The notes beneath the pieces are model-generated. The model had not been told where the DNA came from. It made no database searches and was given only the letters and a program-made list of their open reading frames with translations. DNA of 64,000 nt from an uncultured Alteromonas sp. (lineage in GTDB: Bacteria > Pseudomonadota > Gammaproteobacteria > Enterobacterales > Alteromonadaceae): NCBI RefSeq assembly GCF_913058315.1, contig NZ_CAJXQY010000003.1:2339-66338 (forward strand). The letters are read 5' to 3'. A program made the position numbers and the translations under genes. Below, one piece after another: positions 31,770 through 41,110 of the stretch. Each line of letters opens with the position of its first letter. The stretch's first letter is position 1.

Positions 31770-32647
31770 CGTTGCCTTGGTTAACCGAGCGTTATCAACA
31801 ATTGGTCCGGCGTTTCCAGTCGAGTTCGCTGCACCACGGTATTTTGCTTAGTGGCCCGCAGGGCGTGGGCAAACGGCAATTGGCGGATGCGCTGATGCAG
31901 GCCGTGTTATGTTTGCAACCAACAGCCCAGGGGCCTTGTGGGCAATGCCAGAGTTGTAAGCTCATTGACGCGGGAACCCACCCGGATCGGTATGTGCTGG
32001 AAAGCGAAAAACAGCTTGGGGTGGATGCCATTCGTGAAGCTATTGGTAAATTAAATACCACTGCGCAGATAGGCCGGCATAAAGTTTTAATTATCCCGGC
32101 CGCCGAGCGCATGACCGAGTCAGCCTCCAATGCGTTGCTGAAAACACTGGAAGAACCCACTGATAATACCTATTTGCTGTTGCTTACTCACCGTGTTGCA
32201 GGATTACTACCTACTATTCTGAGCCGCTGTGAAAAGCACGTTATCGCCACGCCTTCTGCCAGTCAAAGTCTTCAATGGCTGGCTTCCCAGGGCCATGATG
32301 AAGTTGACCAGGCGTTACTCAATGCCTATGGTAATGCGCCTTTGCGGGTTGCTCAGGCGTTAACCGACGACAGCACCCTGAGCTATCGTGATTTTCTAAC
32401 CGGCCTGGAAGCGTTGCTGGGGAATAATCAGGATGTTACGGAAGTGGCATCGAAGTGGCAGGAGCATGCAGAGCAGGTGATTTACTGGTGTCAGCAGTAT
32501 TATCATGATCAATACTGTAAAACTCAGCGTAAAGAAGACTGGCAGCGCTATCAGCATTGCATTGATTATGCTGTCAGGGTACGCCATCCCGGCGTGAACA
32601 AGGTTTTACTGCTGAGTCAGATTTTTTCATTATTAAAACAAGCCTAA
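31763..32647 (+). CDS. holB: DNA polymerase III subunit delta'
   Basis: [23 protein letters not shown] and [10 protein letters not shown]. Confidence 0.92.
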   Translation: MLALPWLTERYQQLVRRFQSSSLHHGILLSGPQGVGKRQLADALMQAVLCLQPTAQGPCGQCQSCKLIDAGTHPDRYVLESEKQLGVDAIREAIGKLNTTAQIGRHKVLIIPAAERMTESASNALLKTLEEPTDNTYLLLLTHRVAGLLPTILSRCEKHVIATPSASQSLQWLASQGHDEVDQALLNAYGNAPLRVAQALTDDSTLSYRDFLTGLEALLGNNQDVTEVASKWQEHAEQVIYWCQQYYHDQYCKTQRKEDWQRYQHCIDYAVRVRHPGVNKVLLLSQIFSLLKQA

Positions 32648-32657
32648 GGAGCTTTTT

Positions 32658-33434
32658 TTGTTTGTAGATTCCCACTGTCATCTCGACCGCTTAAAGCAAA
32701 ATACTGAAGAGCTGGCGCAAACGCTGGCCTTTGCCCGTCAACGCGGGGTAGAGCACTTCCTGTGTGTATCGGTATCGGTGAAAGATTACCCACAAATGCT
32801 TAGTACGGTGAGTGGTTTTGATGATGTGTCTGTCTCTTGCGGCGTGCATCCGTTACACCAGGAAGATGCCTGTGACTATGACACCTTACTGGCCGCTGCC
32901 AGCAGCGATAAAGTGATCGCGATTGGCGAAACCGGGCTGGATTACTATTACAGTGAAGATACCCGCGAGGTCCAGATTCAGTCGTTTATCGATCATATCA
33001 AAGTGGCCAATGATACGCACAAGCCGCTTATTATTCACACCCGGGATGCTCGCGAAGACACCATTGCATTGCTTAAACAATATAAAGCGGAACACACCAT
33101 TGGTGTACTGCATTGTTTTACCGAAGATCTGCCAATGGCTCAGGCGGCCATGGAACTGGGCTTCTATATTTCGATTTCCGGCATTGTTACCTTTAAGTCT
33201 GCGGCTGAATTACAGGCCGTAACCAAGGCGATTCCTCTTGAACGACTGCTGATCGAAACTGATTCACCCTGGCTGGCACCGGTGCCCCATCGTGGTAAGC
33301 CAAACCAACCCGGCTATGTGGTGGAAGTCGCAGAGTTTATAGCTGAGTTGCGCGGCATCAGTGTGAGCGAGCTGGCCAAAGCCACCACTGCCAATTTTTA
33401 CCGCTTGTTTTCCGGTATTAAGGTTAATGGTTAA
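32658..33434 (+). CDS. TatD-family nuclease (YcfH type)
   Basis: DSHCHLD, GETGLDY, IHTRDA, HCFT and IETDSPWLAP; TTG start with an AAGGAG RBS. Confidence 0.93.
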   Translation: MFVDSHCHLDRLKQNTEELAQTLAFARQRGVEHFLCVSVSVKDYPQMLSTVSGFDDVSVSCGVHPLHQEDACDYDTLLAAASSDKVIAIGETGLDYYYSEDTREVQIQSFIDHIKVANDTHKPLIIHTRDAREDTIALLKQYKAEHTIGVLHCFTEDLPMAQAAMELGFYISISGIVTFKSAAELQAVTKAIPLERLLIETDSPWLAPVPHRGKPNQPGYVVEVAEFIAELRGISVSELAKATTANFYRLFSGIKVNG

Positions 33435-33439
33435 ACACC

Positions 33440-34003
33440 ATGTGTGACTGGGCAGCGTTATTGCTAAAAAGCCTGGATAAGACCCGGGATATGCCGGAAA
33501 GTCGTTACTTTCAACTGGCCACGGTTGACGAAGATGGCCTGCCGCATAACCGCACTGTGGTATGTCGCGGGTTTGATGAACAGCAGTCGGTACTGTGGGT
33601 GGTAACCGATACCCGCAATAAAAAGATCGCCGAACTCCAGGCTAGTCCCCACGCTGCGGTATGCTGGTATTTTGCCAAAACCCGCGAGCAATACCGAATG
33701 GCGGTGCGTTGCAGGGTAGATACTCCGGATACCGATGAGTCGTTATGTGAACAGCACTGGCAGCGCCTGTCGGTGGCAGCCCGGCAACAGTTTTTATGGG
33801 GCGAGCCCGGCAGCGAGCGCACCGCCCCGAAAAAGTCTCTCATTGATCACGGTGCTAATACGGATGTCTTGCCCGATCATTTCTGTGTGCTCACCTTACT
33901 GGTGGAAAGCGTGGATTACCTTAATCTGCGCGGCAACCCGCAGCAGCGGCAGTTTTTTGAAAAACAGCAGGGGCAGTGGCATAGTAAAGCGCTTATTCCC
34001 TAA
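33440..34003 (+). CDS. Pyridoxamine-5'-phosphate-oxidase-like FMN-binding protein (alr4036-like)
   Basis: YFQLATV..G.PHNRTVVCRGF, TDTRNKK, WYFAKTREQYR and VDYLNL. Confidence 0.75.
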   Translation: MCDWAALLLKSLDKTRDMPESRYFQLATVDEDGLPHNRTVVCRGFDEQQSVLWVVTDTRNKKIAELQASPHAAVCWYFAKTREQYRMAVRCRVDTPDTDESLCEQHWQRLSVAARQQFLWGEPGSERTAPKKSLIDHGANTDVLPDHFCVLTLLVESVDYLNLRGNPQQRQFFEKQQGQWHSKALIP

Positions 34004-34016
34004 TCGGTAAACACTA

Positions 34017-34544
34017 ATGGCTATTCGCTTTGTGCTGGGCGATATCACCCGCGCCACCACCGACGCTATTGTTAATGCGGCAAACCCCGCTATGCTCGGT
34101 GGCGGCGGTGTCGATGGCGCTATTCATCAGGCCGCCGGTGCGGCGTTGCTGAAAGCCTGTGAAGCGGTTGCGGCGACGAATGGAGTGCGTTGTCCACCGG
34201 GTGAAGCGCGCATTACCGGCAGCGGTCGCCTGGCCGCGAAACACGTTATTCATACCGTTGGCCCGGTATATCACAGCGATCCGCATCCGGCGGAAACACT
34301 GGCCAGCGCCTATCAGCAAAGTTGCCGGCTGGCGCTGGCAAATGGCTGTCAGTCGGTGGCCTTCCCGGCAATATCCTGTGGTGTGTATGGTTACCCTCAT
34401 CCGGAAGCGGCGCAGGTGGCCATTAATGCTTGTTTACAATTTGCCGGCACCCTTGAGATTGATTTTTACCTCTTCGACCAGACACTATACGACTGTTTTG
34501 TTTCTCAGTGGCAAACCATCAGGCAACATCAGCAACAACAATAG
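34017..34544 (+). CDS. Macrodomain O-acetyl-ADP-ribose deacetylase (YmdB-like)
   Basis: [30 protein letters not shown] and [13 protein letters not shown]. Confidence 0.92.
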   Translation: MAIRFVLGDITRATTDAIVNAANPAMLGGGGVDGAIHQAAGAALLKACEAVAATNGVRCPPGEARITGSGRLAAKHVIHTVGPVYHSDPHPAETLASAYQQSCRLALANGCQSVAFPAISCGVYGYPHPEAAQVAINACLQFAGTLEIDFYLFDQTLYDCFVSQWQTIRQHQQQQ

Positions 34545-34600
34545 AACTTTTTGCGCTGCCCTGACGACTATTATAAAAATCACCAGAAATGGAGTTTGTG

Positions 34601-36064
34601 ATGCGTTTATTTAAAACTGTCATAGCTGTGCTGCTGTTATTTAGCAGCCAGTGGGGCCTGGCTGCAGAAAGCCGCGAGTTGAAACAATTGGATCGATATC
34701 TGACGGCCTCGGTAACCAATGGGTTTAGCGGCGCTGTATTAATTGCCGAACAGGGCGAGGTTCGCTTTAAGCAAGGATATGGAAAGGTCGACCGTAAAGA
34801 GACTGTCACTATCTCTGCTGATACCCTGTTTGATATTGGCTCGGTGTCAAAACAGTTCACCGCGGCAGCCGTGATGCATTTGGTGCAAGAAGGTAAACTC
34901 ACCACCAACATGTCTCTCAGCGAGTTTTTTGACGATGTGCCACAAGACAAACAGGCCATTACTTTACATCATTTGCTGACGCACTCGGCGGGGGTGGCTA
35001 ACGGCATGGGTGAAGGCGATTTCAGTCACGTGCCTACCGATGCATTTTTTAACCGGTTGTTTGCACTTCCGCTGTATTTTGCGCCAGGCGAGGGCTATGC
35101 CTATTCAAATGCCGGTTACAGTATTCTGGCCCGGGTGATCGAACTGACCAGTGGCATGCCTTATGAAGCCTATATTCAGCAAGCGCTGTTTGAACCTGCC
35201 GGTATGCACCACACTGGTTACCTGAAACCGCTGCTGACTGAACTGCCTGCGGCAGTGGGCTATTTATACGGCGAAGCTGAAACCGGCAGTACCCGTGACC
35301 AGTACTTTGAGGATGGGGCTATCGCATGGCCACTGAAAGGGAATGGCGGGATCCTGTCCACCATGAACGATATGTACCTATGGGCTCAGGCGCTGCAGAA
35401 TGATTCCGTACTGGCGGCGAAATACCGCAACCGGCTTTTTCAGCCACATGTAGCAGAAAACGAGGAGGGCACCAGCCATTATGGTTATGGTTGGGCGGTA
35501 ATGACCACCCCACGAGAAACGCCCTTTATCGGTCACAATGGCTCAAACGGCACCTACTATTTTGACTTTCGCTGGTTTCCGGACGAACAGACGCTGATCC
35601 TGTTTGCGTCGAATGCACTGGTAGAAAGTACCATGGCTTTGCCGTATTTCATTGAACAGTTTTTATTTGAGAGTGAACCTTTGCCAGCGTTTGAGAGCGG
35701 TCTCACCAGCGACATTGTGCGACTGTCGCTGCAGACCAGCGGAGCACCTGAACATAAAAAAGCACAGGTGCAGAAAACCTTTGCCAGTGTTATTGACGAA
35801 AAACGCACGCTTAATCGTGCCGGGCTACGGTTAATGGATCAGGGGTTTTATAATGACGCGATTGCGCTGTTGTTACTCAATGTAGAGCTGTATGGTGACG
35901 ATGGGAATTTATGGGACAGCCTGGGAGAAGCCTATTACGTGAGCCAGCACTATGAGCAGGCAAAACAAGCATTCAACCAGGCAATAAAGCGTCGCCCCGC
36001 AGAAAATTGCTTTTGGTGCGAGAATAGCCACGCCAGATTGCTGCAACTGGGTGATACGCAGTAA
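34601..36064 (+). CDS. Secreted serine hydrolase (beta-lactamase/AmpC-like) with a C-terminal TPR
   Basis: Signal peptide; SVSK (SxxK), YSN and GHNG; TPR-like NLWDSLGEAYYVSQHYEQAKQAFNQA. Confidence 0.85.
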   Translation: MRLFKTVIAVLLLFSSQWGLAAESRELKQLDRYLTASVTNGFSGAVLIAEQGEVRFKQGYGKVDRKETVTISADTLFDIGSVSKQFTAAAVMHLVQEGKLTTNMSLSEFFDDVPQDKQAITLHHLLTHSAGVANGMGEGDFSHVPTDAFFNRLFALPLYFAPGEGYAYSNAGYSILARVIELTSGMPYEAYIQQALFEPAGMHHTGYLKPLLTELPAAVGYLYGEAETGSTRDQYFEDGAIAWPLKGNGGILSTMNDMYLWAQALQNDSVLAAKYRNRLFQPHVAENEEGTSHYGYGWAVMTTPRETPFIGHNGSNGTYYFDFRWFPDEQTLILFASNALVESTMALPYFIEQFLFESEPLPAFESGLTSDIVRLSLQTSGAPEHKKAQVQKTFASVIDEKRTLNRAGLRLMDQGFYNDAIALLLLNVELYGDDGNLWDSLGEAYYVSQHYEQAKQAFNQAIKRRPAENCFWCENSHARLLQLGDTQ

Positions 36065-36196
36065 AAAGAGAGGGGGAGCCTTACCTGTCTTCAACCGTCA
36101 TTTGCCCGGTATTAAGTCACCGGAGATAGCACTCTGCACCACTTTGAAGCGGTCAGTCTGGCGCCGAAAGACAAAAATTCAGGTTTCCTCGGTAAA

Positions 36197-36212
36197 ATGT
36201 TACGTGTAACAT
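36197..36212. promoter_or_regulatory. GntR (gluconate repressor) operator upstream of gntR
   Basis: ATGTTA-CGTG-TAACAT, an exact ATGTTA-N4-TAACAT. Confidence 0.85.
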
Positions 36213-36247
36213 GTTTGTCCGACTTGTTTGTACATCTGTTAACATTT

Positions 36248-37243
36248 ATGACCAATCGCGCTTCACTACAAGATATCGCCGATCAGCTGGGCATTACCAA
36301 AATGACGGTATCCCGTTATTTTCGTTCACCTGAAAAGGTAGCGCCAGCCACGCGCGAAAAAATTGCTCAGGCGGTAAAAAGCGCCGGTTATATTCATAAT
36401 CGCGCGCCTGCATTGATGTCAAAGTCTCTGAGTCACACCATTGGCGTGGTGATCCCGTCATTATCCAACCAGGTCTTTTCCGCTTTGGTGGATGGCATCG
36501 AAACCATCACCAATTCAGAATCCTTCGACATTTTACTCGCCCACTCAGGCTACGACCCTAAAGTAGAAGAACGTAAAATTGAAATGCTGCTGTCTTATCA
36601 GGTGGATGGCCTGATTCTTTGTGAAACCGAACACACCGATCGAACCCGAACCATGTTAAAACAGGCAGGTATTCCGGTGGTGGAATGTATGGAGTTGCCG
36701 GAAGCGCCTATAGATATGGTGGTAGGACTGGATCATAAAGCGGCAGCTTTTAATGCAGTAAGCCGGATGATTGCCAGCAACAAACAACATATTGTGTATC
36801 TGGCGGCCCGGCTGGACCGACGAACCATGCTGCGTCAGCAGGGGTATGAGCAGGCGATGTGGGAGGCGGGGTTGACTCCGCAAACGGTCGCAACCCCTTT
36901 TCAGTCGAGTTTTTCGCAAGGTATGAAACTGCTACAGCAGGCGCTGGATACCTTTGATAGGGTGGATGGTATTTTTTGTACTAACGATGATTTAGCCGTT
37001 GGGGCAATGCAATATTGCAATAATGAAGGGATACGGGTACCGGATGATTTGGCGGTAATGGGCTATAACGGCCTGGATATCGGGCTGACTATGCAGCCTA
37101 AACTGACCAGTGTGGTCACCCCTCGTCAGGCAATCGGGATTAAAAGTGCCCGCCTGCTAATTGACGTGATAAACGGTAAGGTACCCTCAGACAAACTGTT
37201 TGATCTGGGGTATTCCTATACCGAGGGTGAATCGCTCAGTTAA
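36248..37243 (+). CDS. gntR: LacI-family gluconate repressor
   Basis: SLQDIADQLGITKMTVSR HTH; neighbouring gntK/gntP and matching operators. True start is 36248. Confidence 0.88.
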   Translation: MTNRASLQDIADQLGITKMTVSRYFRSPEKVAPATREKIAQAVKSAGYIHNRAPALMSKSLSHTIGVVIPSLSNQVFSALVDGIETITNSESFDILLAHSGYDPKVEERKIEMLLSYQVDGLILCETEHTDRTRTMLKQAGIPVVECMELPEAPIDMVVGLDHKAAAFNAVSRMIASNKQHIVYLAARLDRRTMLRQQGYEQAMWEAGLTPQTVATPFQSSFSQGMKLLQQALDTFDRVDGIFCTNDDLAVGAMQYCNNEGIRVPDDLAVMGYNGLDIGLTMQPKLTSVVTPRQAIGIKSARLLIDVINGKVPSDKLFDLGYSYTEGESLS

Positions 37244-37779
37244 CCCTGTGCATTGAAGGGCAGGTGACGCTGAATATCCGCAACCAGGTCAGCGATGGGT
37301 AATTCCACATCAGCAGTGTAAACATCGGGTTCCCGCTCGTCGGGGCGTTCCAGGGTGGTGAACTGGCTGGTCAGCATGCGGGCTTTCATAAAATGTGCCT
37401 GGCGCGCTTCCATACGGCGCTTAATCAAGTCAAAACTCCCCTCCAGAAACACAAATTGCACACGGCTGATATGTTGTCTGAATACATCGCGGTATTGTTT
37501 TTTTAACGCTGAGCAAACAATGACCACCGGAATGTTGGCGGCCAGGCTCTTTTCAGCTGTGGCGGCAATGAGTTTAAGCCAGGGCGCACGGTCGTCATCA
37601 TTGAGCGCTTCACCGCGTGACATTTTGGCAATATTTTCGGCCGGGTGCAGGTCATCGCCGTCAACAAACCGAGCCCCGCTAGCCTCAGCCAGACGTTCTC
37701 CAACCGTACTTTTACCACTGCCGCTGACGCCCATTACTATAATGCAACTGGGCGCAGCGTTTTTATCGATTGTTGTCAT
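37240..37779 (-). CDS. gntK: Gluconokinase (GntK/IdnK family)
   Basis: MGVSGSGKST P-loop, DGDDLHP..N..KM, DDDRAPWL, CSALKKQYRD and SQFTTLE. Confidence 0.93.
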   Translation of the reverse strand: MTTIDKNAAPSCIIVMGVSGSGKSTVGERLAEASGARFVDGDDLHPAENIAKMSRGEALNDDDRAPWLKLIAATAEKSLAANIPVVIVCSALKKQYRDVFRQHISRVQFVFLEGSFDLIKRRMEARQAHFMKARMLTSQFTTLERPDEREPDVYTADVELPIADLVADIQRHLPFNAQG

Positions 37780-37819
37780 AGAGTCTGCTTGCGTTCTTGT
37801 TAAAAAAATGTTCTGCTAA

Positions 37820-37835
37820 ATGTTATGCGTAACAT
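37820..37835. promoter_or_regulatory. GntR operator between divergent gntK and gntP
   Basis: ATGTTA-TGCG-TAACAT. Confidence 0.85.
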
Positions 37836-37891
37836 TTTAGCCCGGGTTTCGACCTGTGTGAATAGTAAATTTAAGAATAAACTGAGATTCC

Positions 37892-39268
37892 ATGGATATT
37901 GCGAGCAATCAAACTGACAATATTGTCTTACTGTTAACCGGTCTGACTATGGTGTTAGTCCTGATGGGACTGATTATTGTGGCCCGGGTGCATGCCCTAA
38001 TTGCGTTAATTCTGGTGAGTCTGATCACCGCCCTGGTGACCGGTATCGGTGCCGCTGACGTGTTACCCGTGATGATGCAGGGCTTTGGTAGTACGCTGGC
38101 TGCAGTGGCCCTGCTGGTAGGCCTTGGCGGTATGATTGGTAAGTTACTTGAGAGTAGCGGCGGGGCAGATGTACTGGCTCAGCGGATGATCAGTCTGTTT
38201 GGTCTGGAACGTGCGCCGCTGGCGCTGGGTATTACTTCGCTGTTGTTCGGATTTCCCATCTTTTTTGATGCCGGCTTAATCGTCATGATGCCGATTCTAC
38301 TGAGCGTGGCGAGACGTTTACAGCAATCAACCTTAATAACCGTGTTACCCGCTGCGGGCGCATTTGCGGTAATGCACGCCTTTGTTCCACCTCATCCCGG
38401 GCCGGTGGCAGCGGCTGATTTACTGGGCGCTAATATCGGGCTGTTGCTGATTATTGGTACGCTCATCGCCATCCCCACGTGGTTTTTGGGGAGCTACCTT
38501 TATGCCATGTATGCCGGTAAACGATTTACTATCGAATTGCCAGCGTGGTTTACCAACAACGATAGCCACGGTACTGGCCAGTGGCAGCCTTCGTTTGCCA
38601 GGGTTATTGCGGTGCTGCTACTGCCGTTTGGTCTGATATGTCTTGATACGGTGGTTAATACGTTGCAGGTGGCCGGAATGTTACCGGAACAATCCTCACT
38701 GTTAAGTGGACTGCGGTTACTCGGCAAAACGCCGGTGGCACTGCTGTTAACGTTACTGATGGCGTTTGGTTTATTTCGTAAACAGTTCTCCCGTAAGCAA
38801 TACGAGGCACTCTGCAATGATGCCCTCGGACCGCTTAGCGCAGTCATTCTGGTTACCGGCGCCGGGGGAATGTTTGGTGGCGTTTTGCGGGCCGGGGGAA
38901 TTGGCGATGCCTTTGCTCAGTTACTGGTGGATAACGGTTTACCGGTAATCGTGGCGGCATTTGTGATTTCTGTTTGTTTGCGCGTTGCACAAGGCTCAGC
39001 CACGGTGGCCCTTACCACTACCGCTGCATTGATTGCGCCGGTCGTGACTCAGGTCCCCGGCCTCAGCGCCGTGGATTTATGCTGTATTGTGATTGCCATT
39101 GCCGGTGGTGCGACAGTGCTGTCGCATTTTAATGATTCTGGCTTTTGGCTGGTGTCGAGGTTACTGCAAATGGATGAAAAGACGACGTTAAAAACCTGGA
39201 CAGTAATGGAAACCTTATTAGGCTCAATCGCGTTTGTACTGGCGCTCCTGCTGAGCGCCGTATTCTAA
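37892..39268 (+). CDS. GntP-family gluconate:H+ symporter
   Basis: FVPPHPGP, LRVAQGSATVA and SHFNDSGFWLV motifs. Confidence 0.9.
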   Translation: MDIASNQTDNIVLLLTGLTMVLVLMGLIIVARVHALIALILVSLITALVTGIGAADVLPVMMQGFGSTLAAVALLVGLGGMIGKLLESSGGADVLAQRMISLFGLERAPLALGITSLLFGFPIFFDAGLIVMMPILLSVARRLQQSTLITVLPAAGAFAVMHAFVPPHPGPVAAADLLGANIGLLLIIGTLIAIPTWFLGSYLYAMYAGKRFTIELPAWFTNNDSHGTGQWQPSFARVIAVLLLPFGLICLDTVVNTLQVAGMLPEQSSLLSGLRLLGKTPVALLLTLLMAFGLFRKQFSRKQYEALCNDALGPLSAVILVTGAGGMFGGVLRAGGIGDAFAQLLVDNGLPVIVAAFVISVCLRVAQGSATVALTTTAALIAPVVTQVPGLSAVDLCCIVIAIAGGATVLSHFNDSGFWLVSRLLQMDEKTTLKTWTVMETLLGSIAFVLALLLSAVF

Positions 39269-39275
39269 GGCTGGC

Positions 39276-40385
39276 TTATTCTGACTCGGGGGGCGAGGGC
39301 AGGCCAAATGAGCTTAAAGCGAGTTCGTAAGTGCCGGCCTGAACACCGTTTAAAGGCGCATAGTTAGGGGCATTGCTGGGAATAAAGCTGACTTTATTAA
39401 ACAGCAGCGGCTGAATTTGTTTAATAATCGCCGGAATAAACTGCGGGTACTTGGTCATTGGTCCACCCAATACAAACATTTTGGGGTTGATGACCGCGGC
39501 AATGGTGGCCAATGTACTGCCGATTTGTGCAATAGCGGGGTGTTGGCTTAACTCCACGCCTTCCTCCAGCGCTTGCTGTAAGTGATGATTAGAAACAAAG
39601 TCCTGCAGGTTCTCGTCTTTATTGACCATAATATGCCCAATTTCGCCGGAGATGCCCGTAGAGCCTCTAATCAGATGATTATCCAGATAAATCCCGGCGC
39701 CAATACCTTCGCCAAAATAAATGAAAACGAAATCGGATACATTTTTAGCGATGCCCAGAGTTTTCTCGGCCAGTGTGGCCCAGTTTACATCGTTATCCAA
39801 AGTGACCGGGCATTCAAAATGCTCTTGCAGCAGCGTTTTGAAGTTAATGCCATGAATAATACTGAATTTAGAGTAGGGCAACGCCAGGATCTCACCGGTT
39901 TGAGAATTCACCGGCACCGCCACTGAAACACCAATCGCCAGTAGCGGGGATGACTGGTCTTGTACTGCAAGGCCAATAAAGCGCAGGATGGCGTTGGCGA
40001 GTTCCGCCTGCTGCCATCCGGGGTCAATATAAAAACACTGGTCCCGGATCACTTTAAGCGATAAATCAGTCAGCCTTAACTGGATCTGCTTCACATCAAT
40101 AGCAATGGCGAGTGTCAGCCCTTTTGCGGCGTTAATTTCGTAAATAACACCGGCGCGGCCCTGCTTGTTCTTGGTCTTTCTGGTGGTTTCTACTACCAGG
40201 CCGCTTTTTTCCAGTCGCTGCGCAGATTCAGAAATCGTCGGGCGGGAAATACCGGTTTTCTTGGCTATGGCGGCTCGCGTCATTGGACCATGTTCTTTCA
40301 GACAATGAAAAAATTGCCTGTCGGTCATCAGAGCGAGTGGTGTGCCTTGTTGTAGGGGGTCTGTTTGTTTCATTTTTATTAACAC
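39276..40385 (-). CDS. ROK-family transcriptional regulator lacking the Cys-rich Zn loop
   Basis: N-terminal wHTH (TRAAIAKKTGISRPTIS...GRAG), DNDVNWATLAE, GIGAGI and GEIGH; GTG 40385 or ATG 40373 start. Confidence 0.85.
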   Translation of the reverse strand: MLIKMKQTDPLQQGTPLALMTDRQFFHCLKEHGPMTRAAIAKKTGISRPTISESAQRLEKSGLVVETTRKTKNKQGRAGVIYEINAAKGLTLAIAIDVKQIQLRLTDLSLKVIRDQCFYIDPGWQQAELANAILRFIGLAVQDQSSPLLAIGVSVAVPVNSQTGEILALPYSKFSIIHGINFKTLLQEHFECPVTLDNDVNWATLAEKTLGIAKNVSDFVFIYFGEGIGAGIYLDNHLIRGSTGISGEIGHIMVNKDENLQDFVSNHHLQQALEEGVELSQHPAIAQIGSTLATIAAVINPKMFVLGGPMTKYPQFIPAIIKQIQPLLFNKVSFIPSNAPNYAPLNGVQAGTYELALSSFGLPSPPESE

Positions 40386-40906
40386 ATTTCTCTACTGATT
40401 CGCTCAGTTTGATTATTATTTCATTAGGCAACAAATGGTTCCGTTAGCGGTATGTTAAATCATCGTTGCAAAATGTTTTGTTAATATACCTGCTTTTTAA
40501 ATTCTTAAAAGGCTTTTCCAGCAAATGAGTGCTGCTTTGCACTAATTGATAATAAGTCAGGCACAAAATCCAGTATTGTACAAATTAACACTATGCTTAA
40601 ACCATAAATAGTAAATATAAGCTTCTGAAATATAATAATAAATTAAATTCCTTTTTGGGCGTTCTGCATTCAAAGGCTCAATTTTACCTTTAAACACCTG
40701 TTTAATATACACAGAATTGATAGCCGATATTCATCAGTTTTGTACATTTTATCGATTAGAATGACGGTGTTTCATTAACTTTTTAGTGACTAAGTACAAA
40801 GCAAAGATCACACCACATAAGGTAAAAGTGTTAAAATCTTATCAATTAGTTAAGGTGCTTTACAAAAAGCTTGCATTGTTACGAAAATGTAACTATACAT
40901 ATGGGG

Positions 40907-41110
40907 CGTTACAAACGGTTAACCTGATTTACCGCTTGTAACGGTTCAATACGGATTGAGAGAACTGTATTGAATTTAGCACTGCGTTTAGGCAATAGCG
41001 GGTCAGCCTGCACTTAATTACCGGTTAATCGGTTGGGTATCAGATAAGCGATGATTAAGGCCAACAGCGCAAATAATTAAAAAAGTGTTAATCTCATTGG
41101 AAACCAAATT
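40907..41110 (+). other. Structured 5' leader of the TonB receptor operon (candidate cis-regulatory RNA)
   Basis: Tandem hairpins CGTTACAA/TTGTAACG (40907-40943) and TTCAATAC/GTATTGAA (40945-40974), downstream of a TTGCAT-17-TATACA promoter-like element (40871-40899). Confidence 0.35.

Noticed and set aside
36197-36247. ORF-track start of gntR at 36197
   Set aside because: That ATG is part of the GntR operator; the HTH begins right after ATG 36248.
40900-41110. Cobalamin or TPP riboswitch in front of the TBDR
   Set aside because: No B12-box or CTGAGA...ATACC-type core could be found by eye. It is kept only as an unassigned structured leader.
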